DNA of 64,000 nucleotides from the human T2T-CHM13v2.0 reference genome, Homo sapiens. Under the pieces are notes generated by a model. It did not search any database and was not told where the DNA came from. It saw only the letters and a program-made list of their open reading frames with translations. This document shows, piece after piece, positions 1 through 17,006 of this stretch; the stretch's first letter is position 1; every line of letters begins with the position of its first letter. The DNA lies in assembly GCF_009914755.1 (NCBI RefSeq), contig NC_060925.1. One strand, 5' to 3'. The translations under genes were made by a program, and so were the position numbers.

Positions 1-900
1 TCAAAAGGGTTATATTTTCTCACGGTCTCCCTTTCTGCTTCTTCCATTCTGTAATAAAGCACTCTAATAAGAGTATTCTTGTCAAGGCCAGTAAAGATTT
101 CCTTGTCACCCAGTTCCTTGGTCAATTCTCACTTGCCCTTTAAGAAGTATTTGACAATTCACCATTCCCTTTCCCTCGAAGCACTTTCTTTACTTAGCAA
201 CTCAGAGCCTTCTTGATCCTCAGAACCTTCTCTTACTTCACAGTCTTCTGATTTTCTGTGTCCCTTGACATTTTTTCTTTTTACTTCTGGTCTTGTAACA
301 TTGTTGTCCCAAGACTTAGTCCTCTCACCTCTGCTCTCTCTATTCACAATCTCCTTATCTTATCCAGTCTCTTGACATCAAATACCATCTGTGTTGATGA
401 TTCTCATATTTACTTCCTTGAATTCCATATTCTTATTTCTCTATTAGGCTGTGTAACACTGCAAATTAAATTTTTCCCCGAACAAATTCTGGATATCCTC
501 CTAAAATGTAACATTCCTCATTTTAGTGACTGGACCCTCAATTATTATAGTTGCGAAGGCCAAAATCTCTGAACTTTTTTATGTTTGTTTATTTTTTGAT
601 TTGGGAGTTTTTGTTTTTTGTTTTTTTTCTTATATCTGAAACTCAATCCATCAGAAAATTCTGCCAAATTTCTCCAGTATATATCTTGTATTCAATCACT
701 TCCTAATAAATCTGCTTCTATCATTTCATTCAAGCTAAAATTATTTTTTATCTGGATTTTTATAATATCCTTCTACGTGGTCTCTCTGCTACCTCTGTTC
801 TCTCTATCCTCTGTTCTCCATACAGCTACCAAAGTTATGGCATTTAAATACTCAAAACTCTACAGGGGCTCCATGGGACACCCATATAGAAACCAAACCC
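1..900 (+). mobile_element. L2 LINE fragment (ORF2 3' part)
   Basis: Degenerate L2 motifs (CTTGTCAAGGCCAGTAAAGATTTCCTTGTC; GTATTTGACAATTCACCATTCCCT); continues after the LTR at 1384. Confidence 0.75.
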
Positions 901-906
901 TTACCT

Positions 907-1383
907 TGTGTAATACAGTCATGACAAGAAACAAATGGCATATTCAAATTGGCAATTTTTGGAAAGTTTAATCAAGAGTCTATTTACAAAGATATGGGCA
1001 AGGAAAAAGGGAAATTTCAAGGGATAGTGAGGATAATGCAGGACCATGGTATTAATGACAGCAGAGGCCAAAACCATCCCCAGGCCCTAAGGGGTGAGGG
1101 GAGGAAACTATTACCGGAACCCAGAGAAAGAGAGGGCCACTTGTCAGGAGCTGTGATCTTTAGTGAGAGGCAAAGCCAGCCTGTGGGAAACAGGCAGAGA
1201 GAATGCTAGGAGATTACATGTCTCGTCTTCACTCTCCTACCTCCCCCTAATCTCTTGTCCATGCTTATTGCCCAAACCCAATCAAAGCCAGCCTGTTGAT
1301 GTGTTCCATGAATGAGCACAGATCAAGGTCTAGAAGAGTGGGGCATATATCTGGAAAAACAAGTGGAAGACATCCAGTTCACA
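907..1383 (-). mobile_element. Old ERVL-MaLR (MLT1-type) solo LTR inserted in L2
   Basis: TG...CA termini; ACAAATGGCATATTCAAATTGG...TTTAATCAAGAGTCTATTTACAAAG resembles antisense old MLT1 LTR; splits the L2. Confidence 0.6.
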
Positions 1384-1790
1384 GTGCCCTATAAAGCCAT
1401 ACAGGATTTGCTGTACTCCTTCAGCTGTTATACCCACCCATCTCCTTGCTCACACTCGCCTGCTTGCTTTTCCCATTTAGAAAGCATACTTCTACTTTGG
1501 ACTCTGCTTTTCCTCCTTCCTCTGTCTGGCGCTCTTTTTCCTTCAATTATCTGTTTTAAGTCATTTTGCTAGATAAATTTTCTCTAACTCGTATAAAAAC
1601 ACAACTTATTCTCTCTATTGCCCTACTGAGATTGTTTTATAGCAGTTTACTTCCCAACATGGTATATACTTATTTGTTCTTTGCCCTCCTCACCCCAGCC
1701 CGCTGAAATGTAGTCATCTTGAAGAAATGACTACATCTGATTTGTTCATTATTGAATCCCTGGAAGCAGAAAAGTACTTGATATATGGTA
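1384..1790 (+). mobile_element. L2 LINE 3' end
   Basis: L2 3' motifs; terminal AAATATTTGTTAAATTAAAGAAT resumes at ~2725 after the Tigger. Confidence 0.7.
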
Positions 1791-1794
1791 AATA

Positions 1795-2721
1795 AAGTCA
1801 ATTGTTATTATTCATGATAGTTATTTTCTATAAAATTCCTTGAACAGTGAATTAGTGAATACTGAGCCACTGTTCTTAGGAGAAATGCAGTATTATGTTC
1901 CTGACAGTCTGTGGTCACAATATTTTTGCCCATCATTCAACATATAATCTTGTTTTATGTATGTTTCTGTTTAAAGACACTTTAATATGTGTTTCTGACA
2001 AATAATTAATTACAGGCAGTATTTTTAAAAAATAATAAAACATCAAACAAGAAGAGTATAAAATTTTCCTGACACTGAGTAACATGACCATAAATTCCTT
2101 TGGCTTTCAGTCTTACAACAATGCTGTCCACTCTACCTTTTTCAATAGTTGTCATCTTATGTCATCATCCACAATTTAGCAGATTTTTCATCTTTTCCAT
2201 AGGCTCATCATGCACATTAGAACTTTCCAGAGAAGCTTCATGTACATATTGGCAAATTTCCTTGTCCTTTTTTGAGACTTGATATACTGTTGATTTGCTA
2301 ACATTGACTTCATGGCCAACAGCTCTACAACTCATGCGTGAATGACGCTTATCTATCACATATATTTTTGCCTTAAGGCACATCACAGCCCTCTGGTGCT
2401 TAGGAGCACTAAACAGCACTTCAACTTTATGCTTGGGGACCATCTAAACAATAAAATTATCACCAAAAAGCACAACATTGCAAAAAACCATGATAGTAAA
2501 TAGACTGAAAAAAAAAGACATTTGTTTACACTATGAGAGCTGAAACAAGAAGGCAGAGTATTGTCTTGTTCAACTTCAGCTGGGAATGTGTACATCAAAT
2601 TTTTTGCATATCCATGAATGATCACAAAAATGCCCTAAGTATTGATTTTGAAAGTAAAAATACATTTTAGTGAGTAGGCAAATTCACTAACATAGGACGT
2701 ACAAATAACCAGGATTGACTG
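1795..2721 (-). mobile_element. TcMar-Tigger DNA transposon (Tigger6-like), internally deleted
   Basis: Degenerate TIRs (AGTCAATTGTTATTATTC ... AAATAACCAGGATTGACTG-TA); ORF 2165-2443(-) ...RAVGHEVNVSKSTVY resembles the N-terminal HTH of pogo/CENP-B-type transposases. Confidence 0.8.
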
Positions 2722-3029
2722 TACCAAAAATATTTGTTAAATTAAAGAATATTTAGCAAGTGTATGCTCAGCTCTTAAGATGTTCCCCTAAGACTTTTAA
2801 TGTGCAAATTCAAATAGAATAGTTCTTGGCTTCTAATCAAGAAAAGCATAAATTCTAAGTGGAAAATTCTGAGTCATTCTCTGTATTCCTTAGAAAGTCT
2901 CAGTGATATCAATCCCCAGTTGGATGAAGCAGGACTACTTTGGTTACATATCCTTATTTTGCCTTTTATTCTTCTTCATTTCACTTTCCTTCTGCCTCAC
3001 TCACGTTTCCTGGGCTAAGATATAGAGAC

Positions 3030-6655
<3,626 letters not shown>

Positions 6656-6659
6656 TGAA

Positions 6660-6900
6660 GAAGGGACAAATATTCCATGAAGAATTCCAAATAAATTATG
6701 TAGATCCTTCACCTTAAATGTGGGCTGAGCATAGTGACTTCTTTCCAAAGAATTCAATATAGAAAGGGAGGAAAAGAGTAATATTATAGTGGGAAACGCT
6801 ATTGCAATGGAAAAACCTGACAAACACTACTTCAGCCAGATAAGCAAAGTCCACATCAAAGGTCATAAATCATGTTGATACATAGACCCTTGATATGATG
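6660..6900 (+). mobile_element. L1MC/L1MD-type 3' UTR fragment
   Basis: GTGGGCTGAGCATAGTGACTTCTTTCCAAAG and GAAAAACCTGACAAACACTAC motifs. Confidence 0.65.
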
Positions 6901-6902
6901 TG

Positions 6903-7611
6903 AGCAGAGCTTTCAATGAAAATTTTAAACAGATGGGATCCAAGATCCAGAAGTATTTCTTCGAAGATGTTAGCAGTAGATGGCACATGGCTTTACCAGT
7001 ACAATCCTGAAGACAAAGCATAATCTGATAATGGCTATCAAAAAGTGGAAGTGCTCCAGTCAAAGCAAAAATGGACCAGTTAAGAGCGAAAGTCATGGTA
7101 ACAGTTTTTTGGGGATGCTTGAGGCATTTTGCCTGTTGAACTTCTGAAGTGCCAAATAATAACAACATCTCCTTATTACAACATAATTTGAAGAAAGTTA
7201 GCCAAAGCTTTCAGAGAAAAACAGTCAGGAAACCACCACCAAAGAGTCCTTCTCTACCACAACAATACTTCTACTCATTCCTCTCATCAAACAAGGGTAA
7301 TTTTACAAGAGTTTCTATGGGAAATTATTAAGCATCCACTTTATAGTCCTGATGTGCCTCCTTCTGACTTCTTTTGGTTTTCTAATCTTAAAAAAAAATC
7401 TTTAAAAGGTACCGATGTTTTTCTTCAGTTACTAAAGAGACCATACTCACATGGTCAAATTTCCAAGACCATTGCTTCTTTAGAGATGGACTTAATGGCT
7501 TGTATAATTGCTTTAAAAACTGTGATGGAGCTTATGTTGAGAAATAAAGTTTATATTTTTATTTTTATCTTTTAATTGAATTTTTCCATGAACTTTTTGA
7601 AGTGTCCTCAT
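6903..7611 (+). mobile_element. HSMAR2 mariner, 3' portion
   Basis: Decayed transposase (WLYQYNPEDKA...KVMVTVFW; HPLYSPDVPPSDFF matching the mariner YSPDLAPSD motif); right TIR TTTTCCATGAACTTTTTGAAG; left TIR absent. Confidence 0.9.
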
Positions 7612-8430
7612 GCAAGCAAAATCAGTTAAAAGAGAAATAAAATAGTAACCTTTTTAAAGTATCAGAAAGGATATCCACAGATAAGTCTGATTAAAGATGT
7701 GTGTAAGTCCTCTATACAGAAATCTACGAAACATTACTGAGAGAAATTGAAAAAGACATAAATAAATGGAAAGGTGTATTTGGTGAATTTGAAGATACAA
7801 TATCAAAAAAGTCAATTATCCACAAATTAATCAGTAGGTTCATTAGAATTGTATTCAAATCCTAGCAGACTTTTTGACACTGAGAAACTATATAAAACTT
7901 TCTCAATGTGCCGAGGTATAGAAAGCATACAGGCAATCTTCAGGAACAATGCTGGAGGACTTACAGTACCAGATACCATGACTTATGCAACATAGTAATT
8001 AAAAAACATTTTTTACAATAGCCAAATATTCATCATTAGTACCATGGATAAATGAATTCTCATATTCATGTAATTTAATGTTGTAGAATAGAAAAATGAT
8101 CAAATTAATGCTACGTATGACAATCAGGTTAACCTCATAGCCATAATATTAGTGAAGGAAGCCAGACACAGAAGATTTCACACTATGTGATATCATTTAT
8201 ATAGACATCAAGAATGGTTAAAACTAATCTATGGTGATAGAAAATCAGGATATTGTTTACATTTGGGTGGGTAATTAATAAGATGTAGTGAGACACAGTG
8301 AGGCTTCCCATAGACACTTGTGCCTATTTCAATCTATAGTTTCATGCAGCTGTTAGAAGAAGCTTTAAGTAATGCAAACTGTTCTTTTCTGTCTTGATCT
8401 GGGTGGCAGTTAGAAGGCTGTGTTTAAGTG
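7612..8430 (+). mobile_element. Old L1M continuation (ORF2 and L1ME-type 3' end)
   Basis: GAGAAATTGAAAAAGACATAAATAAATGGAA; 3' UTR AAACTAATCTATGGTGATAGAAAATCAGGAT. Confidence 0.75.
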
Positions 8431-8434
8431 TTAA

Positions 8435-8531
8435 CACCAACATGGCACATGTATACATTTGTAACAAACCTGCATGTTGTGCACATGTACCCTAAAACTT
8501 AAAGTATAATAATAAAAAAAAAGAAAAAAAA
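8435..8531 (+). mobile_element. Very short L1PA 3' tail
   Basis: CACCAACATGGCACATGTATACA...CCTAAAACTTAAAGTATAATAAT plus poly(A). Confidence 0.9.
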
Positions 8532-8643
8532 TTCCACTTAAACACAACGGAAAGGAAAATATGAGCCAAAAATGTTATACACATCCAAATTACAAGGTGA
8601 CATTTAAGTATAAGAGAAAGAAAAACCAGCTTGATATATAGAT

Positions 8644-8697
8644 TATCTATCTATCTATCTACCTACTTATCTATCTATCTACCAATCTATCTACTAG
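8644..8697. repeat. Imperfect (TATC)n microsatellite forming the loop of a 42-bp inverted repeat
   Basis: Direct reading. Confidence 0.85.
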
Positions 8698-8789
8698 ATC
8701 TATACATCAAGCTGATTTTTCTTTCTCTCATACTTAAATATATATATAAAATTCAGCTGTGACCTTGAAGGAGAGGGAATTAAAAGAAA

Positions 8790-9540
8790 CTACTTTGAAA
8801 AACTTTATGCTAATAAAAACTATTTAGTTGAGATAATGAATGGATAATTTTGAAGAAAATATAAATTGCTATTATTAATTGAAAACAAGATTAAAATTAA
8901 GCAATAGGTAACAATTAAAAAACTTGAAATTTGCTAAAGGACTAAAGCTCTACAAGTTACCTGTCACAGATATGTTCATGAGGAAATCCTCTTATACTTT
9001 TTAATATAAATTCCACATAACTAAAACAAAAGTTTCATGTTATTTTAAATTTAGCACAACACATAACAAACTATGGAAAAAATAGCACACAAAATAAGTG
9101 CAAGAATTAAAGCATTAAATAATTAAATGTCATAATGCACTGCTATAATTTAAATGAAAGCATTTATTGAAAAGTCAGAATCCAGACAAGTATCTGGAAT
9201 GACTCCTATTAAATAACCTTGCTCTGGAATTACTAACCAATAAAACTGTAAAGAGAAGCAAAATGGAGAACAGATATTAGAAAGTAGAATAAACATTTAT
9301 CAATATTTTAAGATCATAAATTATATTCCTAGAAAAAATATTGGAAATGGTAAGAAATCCAGTAAAATGGTCGAAAAATTTTTTAAAATGATTTCTGAAT
9401 AAGCAGTAACCAGTAAAAAGTATAAAGATATATGGTAGAAGAAATAAAGAACTATTAAAAATAACATATCCAAAAATAAACTCACTAAGAAATGTGCAGA
9501 ATCCATATGAAGACAACTTTAAAAAATACATTTTAAAATG
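8790..9540 (+). mobile_element. Highly decayed L1M ORF2 fragments
   Basis: A-rich with L1-like motifs (GAATGGATAATTTTGAAGAAAATATAAATT; AAGAAATGTGCAGAATCCATATGAAGACAACTTTAAAA). Confidence 0.55.
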
Positions 9541-9846
9541 TGTTCCTTTTATCCAGCAATTTTATTAACAAAAATAGACTCATTATGTATGCAAATATGT
9601 CTTTTCATCCACAGACTTACACACAACCACAAATACACATATAAAAACACAAAAGCATACACTCTCAAAGCTATGTTATCCTGATTGTGCTAGCCAAGAA
9701 AATAAAATAAAAAATAGGAGGAAACCCAAATGCCAATCAGCAGGAAATTTGACTTGGAGTTCACATTCAGAGTCAGTGCTTTGTGATGGGAAAAACAATA
9801 AAAACAATAGTACTTACTATGTAAAGCTGTAATGGAGAATAAATGA

Positions 9847-10202
<356 letters not shown>

Positions 10203-11787
10203 GAAAGAACTTTTTAATAATAATAATAATTAAAGGAATGGAACACATTACACCTGTGAATGCTGAGATGAAATCTCTCTGAGAAATGTTAGTAGGTATA
10301 TGAAAAAGCAAGGAACAGAACAATGTATAAGTGTGAGCCACTTCATAAAATTTGTTACATGACACATGTAAATATTTAAAAATATTTTTAAAAAACTAAA
10401 TGACAAATTTCTAGACTACTTTATGGTATTATAAGCAGCAGAATAAATTATCATATACATTTGTGAGAAAACTGGTGGATGCTCTAAGTAGCTGATGGTG
10501 GAATTTCAGCAGAAAGATTGATGGGAAAATAATCTAATTTACATGTATTGTGGCTATGACTAATATTTACATTCAGAATACTGAAAAATACCGTCTATTC
10601 AGCATTACTTCATCTCAACCTATCACTTAACCACAATTGATGCTGCTATCATGAAGTAGTAGATTTAGTAACTAATATTTTTAAGGGGGATACTGTCAGG
10701 AAAAAGATAGTTTTAGGAAGTGATTTTAAAAATTAGAGGTTTGATAATGATACAATGGTATTGCCATGATTTTCGTTGAGAATCCCAGGTGAATATCCAC
10801 CATATGGCTACAAATCTAAACCGTTTTGGCTCCAGTAAGTGAAAAGACTTGAAATGGTCTTTGAGGTTCTAATGGACTAGTTTGATTAGGAGCTCACTGA
10901 AAAATTTATTATGGTGGTGTAAGAGAATAAGAAAGAAAAACAATCTAAACAAAGAACATTAACTCCAGAGGGAGTTTCTAAAGACTTTATCCTGGCCTGA
11001 GCCATGACCTATTTCATCAGCCATATGGCTGATATAGACATATTGAACCACTCAACACTGGACATTTTCCTTCATATATTTTTTGAAGGATCTATCCTTG
11101 TAGATATATATCTATATACAAATATAGGTTCAGATATAGATATAAAATATATTCTTTCATAAAGCACTGTGACTCTGCAATCTTCCATATTCCCAAAAGT
11201 TAAGTAGTGCTGCTTTTACAATGAAGAGATTGAAGGGGCTATGTTCATATGCTTCTCCACAGTACAGAATTTAGAGTGAAGACATATTCTTATAAATGAT
11301 GGGAAATGCCAATGCTAGAATGCAATAAGATTGTAATATTTTTGCTGAATATATAGGTAGTATAAATCCCTGAAATGCATAAAAAGAAAACTACATGAAT
11401 CATGTTAAATATCAAGAAACACTGAACTCTTTGCTTTTGCATTTGTTTCTGCTTATGAAATAAGTTGATTAAATAATCTAAAGTTATATGGTTTTGGTAC
11501 AATTGAATTGATCTTGGAATAAACTGCTGTGCATTCAAAATTATGCTCTATTGTCTCCCTGAGCACAAAGCAGAAGAAATCCCTCAAGCCCAAGGTTAGC
11601 TTGAGCTGAGAATTGTCTGGCTACAGTGTGAAATGGAATTTAGGCTTCTGCATTAAAAAAAAAAAAGACTTAGTTACATTCTGCATGAGTAAGCAAAACA
11701 TATGATGAAACTTAATTATTTGTCCAAAGCTTGAAAACGTTATCAAAGAAGGTAATTCCAGCTTTCAAATTGGATATATTTTCTTAC

Positions 11788-11880
11788 CTTAATAAAACTT
11801 GGTTTCAGATCTGTGCCAGTGACTTCTACTTTACTTTTTGTTTACATCCCAGGTCTTCTAAGTACTGTTGTGGAAATACA
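11788..11880 (-). other. Candidate exon (93 nt)
   Basis: Acceptor acatttctag| and donor AAG|gtaaga on the minus strand; non-repeat sequence. Confidence 0.4.
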
Positions 11881-13079
11881 CTAGAAATGTACTTTCATAT
11901 TTAGAATCATAAGTCACCCTTTCTGGAAGTTAGGTTCTGAAAAATAAAATACAAGTCCAGAATTACAAGCATGTTCACTTCTACTTAATGATATATGAGA
12001 AATATTAATAGCTTAAAATAATGGATGTGCTTTTGTTTCCCTGAAGAACACATGCAAATGTGAAAGCCATACTTATATTGAACTCCTACATACTTTACCC
12101 TCTGTGTTAAATTAAATCATGAAAACACTATATATCATACATACTAATATAATAAGATCCAATAATTTATTGAGATAGAAATAGTACCTACTCTAATAAA
12201 ATCATTGAGTCCATGAACATCCTGGAAGGTAGAAAATATTTCAATTAAATGAGATTAAAAAGAATCATTTATTTTCTCCACTGTATTATAATATTATTCA
12301 TTTTTTGTATTTCATCTATTTTGTCAATTTTGTCTTCCTTTAATTGATATTTTTCATTTTAAAAGCACATCAAAATAGTTTTTTATTTCATTATTATTAA
12401 TACACTGAAGAATTTCCTAAAGATCCATTAGATTTTCATATGAGATGCTGAAACTTTTATGTTTATAAATATTCCAAAAACCAATAGTCTGTCTAATGTG
12501 TTGTCCACCATGCACTCTTCAGAAAACTGGTCAAAACAAATTTAGAGTTACTCACAAACTCAAGGGGAAAAAAAAAAAGAACTAAAATATACCACCTTAT
12601 TTTAATGTGATGCTTATTGTGAATAGTCTAAGTTCATTTTAGAAATAAATATTTAGCCAAATGTTTTGGGACTTAATTGTAATAAATATACACATTTTTA
12701 GAGTCAATTTAGATCCATAATTACAGGGAGGGCAGATACCACTTTGCTTTCATCAAAGTCTTTGCTCCATTTTTCTGAATATTAAATTTATCTATAATAT
12801 TTGTATTTTTAACAAATTTCCAGTCATGGTCATATGATATTATAATTATTAGTATATTTAGATAGCTCAAAAATAAGAAAATCATACTCCTATTCCAGTA
12901 GTCATTTTTATGCAAATTTAGATTGTTTAGTAATCTAACAAATGATTACAAAATCTAGATGTCATTGAATTATCAACAAAATTTGTTTATGTAATTTTCA
13001 TCCTACAAACATATTTGATTCTCAGAGAATACTGGGGGTGAATTAGGTAATAAACAAACACAACAGCAGACGTAAACTA

Positions 13080-13275
13080 CGTGCTCTCAGCCAAGTGCTG
13101 CGGCCAGAATTCATCTGCTTTTTCTCATTCATTACTCTCAAGAACACAGTGACACAGACATTACTACTATCCTCAATGCACAGATGTAGAAACTGGGGCA
13201 CATAAACAATTAAGAAACATGATTGAGTTTATAGAAACATGATTGAGTTTACTCAGCTAGCAAATGATGAAGCAA
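13080..13275 (-). mobile_element. MIR SINE
   Basis: Antisense core CACAGATGTAGAAACTGGGGCAC; internal 20-bp tandem duplication AGAAACATGATTGAGTTTA. Confidence 0.75.
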
Positions 13276-13914
13276 TAAAAATGAAAGCTATGATTCCTGT
13301 CTCCATCTGAAAGATAAAACTAAAGTGCAAGAGGCAAGTTGCTTGGGGAAATTCTCCCTACTGCATGTAGTCAGTAGGTCAGAAACAAGAATCTAGGTGT
13401 CCTATTCCAAGTCTTAGACTTTTTCTATTACTCTGAACAGTTTGGGCTAAACTAAATGCTATATTCTGAATTATTTTGTAAATTACATTTAAATTGCATA
13501 GGAAATTACAATTCATATTGACATAAATTAAGATATGAATCTCTGTTATTCATTCTCTATTCATTTACATGAAAATGTATAGTGGCCATAAATCAGACTT
13601 TTTATCCTCTAGTAAATTAAAACTACCATTTAAGGGGTATTTAACCTCCAAAGGCTTTGCTTATATTATCTCATTCAATGATGATTAAAAACTCTACGAA
13701 GAAGATACAATTACTTCATTTTACATTAGAAAATGTAACCACAAATTTTAAAAAACTAAAGGTCAAATGACCAATAAGTTTTAGAAGCATAATTGAAATA
13801 CACAATTTTTCTAATTGAAAAGCAACTTCACTTAACAACTATTCTATGAAGGCTCTAAAGTATACCACAAAACTACAGGATGTAAAATAACTTTAAATGA
13901 AAAGTAACAACTTT

Positions 13915-16205
13915 TAATTTTTAAAAATCTTAGGTCCAAGGGGTACACGTACAGATTTGTTACATAGGTATATTGTATAATCTTAGGGTTTGGGCTCCTA
14001 TGGAACCCACCACCCAAATAGTGAACACAGTAGCCAAGGTAGTTTTCCAGCCCTTGTCCCTCTCCCTCCCTCACTTCTCTTGGAGTCACAGGTGTCTGTC
14101 ATTATCATCTTTATGTGTTCATGTGTATCTGCTGTTGAGTTGAAACCAAAATCTGGCAAAGGCACACCAAAGAAAAAGAAAACCATGAGCCAGTATACCT
14201 GATGAATACAGATGTGAAAATCCTCAACAAAACACTAGCAAACTAAATCCAACAGCACATCCAAAAGATAATTCATTACTGTCAAGTGGGCTGTATTCCT
14301 CACATGCAAGGATGGTTCAATATATGCAAATCAGTAAATATAATTGACTACATAAACAGAATTTGTAACTAAAACCATATAATTATCTCAATAGACGCAG
14401 AAAAAGCATTAGATAAAATCCAGCATCGCTTCATGACGAAAATCTTCAATAAACTAGGCATAGAAGAAACATATCTCAAAATAATGAGAGCCATCTATGA
14501 CAAAAGCATAGTCAACATCACACTGAATGGGCAAAAATTGGAAGCATCCCCTGTAAGAACGCAAAGACACAAAGATGTCCACTCTCACCACTCCTATTCG
14601 ATATAGTACTGGAAGTCCTAGCCAGAGCAATCAGGCAAGAGAAGAAATAAAAGTCACCCAAATAGGAAAAGAGGAGATCAAATTATATTTACTGACCATA
14701 AGATTCTATACCTAGAAAACCCTAATGATTCCTCCAAATGACTGCTAGATCTGATAAACAACTTTAGTAAAGTTTCATGATACGAAATCTATGTACAAAA
14801 ATCAGTAGCATTTCTATACACCAATAATGTTAACTGAACAAATCAAGAATGCAATCCAACTTACAACAGCCAAATATACAAAACAAAATACCTAGGAATA
14901 CATTTAACGAAAAAGGCGAAAGATTTCTGCAAGGAAAATTACAAAACACTGGTGAAAGAAATAAGAGAAGACATAAATAAGTGGAAAAACAATCACTGTT
15001 TGTGGATTGGAAGGATCAATATTGCTAAAATGACCATAGTGCCCAAAGCAATCTACATATCAATGGTATTCCTATAAAATTACCATAATCTTTCACAGAA
15101 TTAGGATAGAGAATTCTATAATTCATATAGAACCAAAAAAGGGCCTGAATAATGAAGCAATCCTAAGCAGAAAGAACAAAGCCAGAGGCACCGCACTATC
15201 TAACTTGAGACTATACTACAAAGATATAGCAACCAAAACATCATGATATTGGTGCAAAAACAGACACATAGATCAATGGAACAGAATAGAGAACTCAGAA
15301 ATAAACTGACACACGTACCACTAAGTGACTTTCAAAAAAAGCTGACAAAAATAAGCACTAGGGAAAAGATACCCTATTTGATAAATGGTGCTGGGAAAGC
15401 TAGCTAGCCATATGCAGGGAATGACACTGGACTCTTACTTCTCGCCATATGCAAAAATTAACTCAAGATGGATTAAAGACTTAAATGTAAAACCTTAAAC
15501 TATTAAAACCCTAGAAGAAAACCTAGGAAAAATTCTTCTAGACATTGCCCTCCCAAGCATGGGAGAAAATATTTGCAATCTATGCCTCCAACAAAGGACT
15601 AAGATCCAGAATCTATAGAGAACTTAAATAAACAAGAAAAAACAAATAACCCCATTAAAAAGTGGGCAAAGGGGATGAACAGACACTTTTAAAAGAAAAC
15701 ACACAAGAGGCCCACAAACACATGAAACAGTGCTCGACATCACTCATCACAGAGAAATGCAAATTAAAATTCCAATGAGATACCATCTCAGACCAGTCAA
15801 AGTGGCTATTAGTAAAAAGTCAAAAAATAACAGATGTTGGTGGGATGTGGAGAAAGTGGAACACATACACTGTTGGTTGGAATGTAAATTAGTTCAGCTC
15901 CTGTGGAAAATAGTATGGAGATTTTTCAAAGAACTAAATATAGAACTACTATTCAATCTAGCAATCCTATCACTGGGTGTCTACCAAAAGGAAAATAAAT
16001 CATTTTATCAAAAAGACACCTGAACTCATATTTATCACAGCACTATTCATGACAGAAAAGTCATGAAATCAACCTAAGTGCTCATCAGCAGTAGATTAGA
16101 TAAAGGAATTTTGCTACATACACACCATGGAATATTGCACAGCCATGAAAAGGAATAAAATCATGTCCTTTGCAGCAACATGGATGTAGCAAAGGCTGTT
16201 ATCCT
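13915..16205 (-). mobile_element. L1PA16/L1PB-type element with 5' inversion
   Basis: 3' UTR antisense at 13915-14135 joined to a plus-strand ORF2 segment 14143-16205 that ends just upstream of that UTR portion. Confidence 0.85.
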
Positions 16206-16352
16206 CTTAGATTTTAAAATTATTTGCTTTTAAAATGTGTAATAGCCAATAACATATAAGAAATGTTGGCCATTTTAGTTTTGAAACTAGTGTACATTGT
16301 GTCATTTTGTTCCATTTTTATGAGACAAATGAATTTTCAAACACAAGCTTAC

Positions 16353-16485
16353 CCTAAGAAGTCTAAGCTCATTTATATTCCATTTGTCTTCATTACTTAA
16401 TTCAAGCTCCCATATTCCAATTGTCAAAGGACTGGCACTTGGGACATTGAGTTTCCCACACTTATGATTGCCCATTTGAAAGGTC
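16353..16485 (-). other. Candidate exon (133 nt), one fully open frame
   Basis: Acceptor tttctcatttctttctactcaag|, donor AGG|gtaagc; open frame TFQMGNHKCGKLNVPSASPLTIGIWELELSNEDKWNINELRLLR. Confidence 0.5.
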
Positions 16486-16779
16486 CTTGAGTAGAAAGAA
16501 ATGAGAAATGCATTTTTAGTTTAGATTCACATTTCTATATGCTTTTTTTGGTTTATATTTATAGAACTACATTTAAAATAAATGAGGTAAAGTTTTTAAT
16601 ATAATAAAAATGTTACTAAGAAAATCAGAAGAAAAATGGTTATCCTTCTAGCCAGTGATATCAATGGACCCCCAAGATCTTCCCATATGAAGAAGTGACT
16701 ACACAGTCAGATGTGTTATTTTCAAGGATGATAGCAGCATAAACAACCTTATTGAATGAGTGACAATATTAACATTGTC

Positions 16780-16925
16780 TGCCAGTCCCAGTGCTAAATA
16801 TTAACCTTATCATAAGCCTATGTAAGAGGTACTCTTTAAAGCTTTATTTTACAGAAGCTAATGAAGCCATGAATGTTCATTAACTTGCCTAAAATCACAT
16901 AGCCAGTAAGAAGCAGAGTATGAGA
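16780..16925 (-). mobile_element. MIR SINE
   Basis: ATTTTACAGAAG...TAACTTGCCTAAAATCACATAGCCAGTAAG. Confidence 0.7.
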
Positions 16926-16953
16926 AGTAACAGAAAATATGTATAAGCGTTAC

Positions 16954-17006
16954 CTTATCCATAAGACTGTGTTTAAAAACACTCCAGTGTAAATATTCAC
17001 AGGTAG
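16954..17006 (-). other. Candidate exon (53 nt)
   Basis: Acceptor tcttcactcttatag|, donor AAG|gtaacg. Confidence 0.4.

Noticed and set aside
12721-12915. 64-aa minus-strand ORF between candidate exons
   Set aside because: No convincing donor site or recognisable homology; AT-rich chance ORF.
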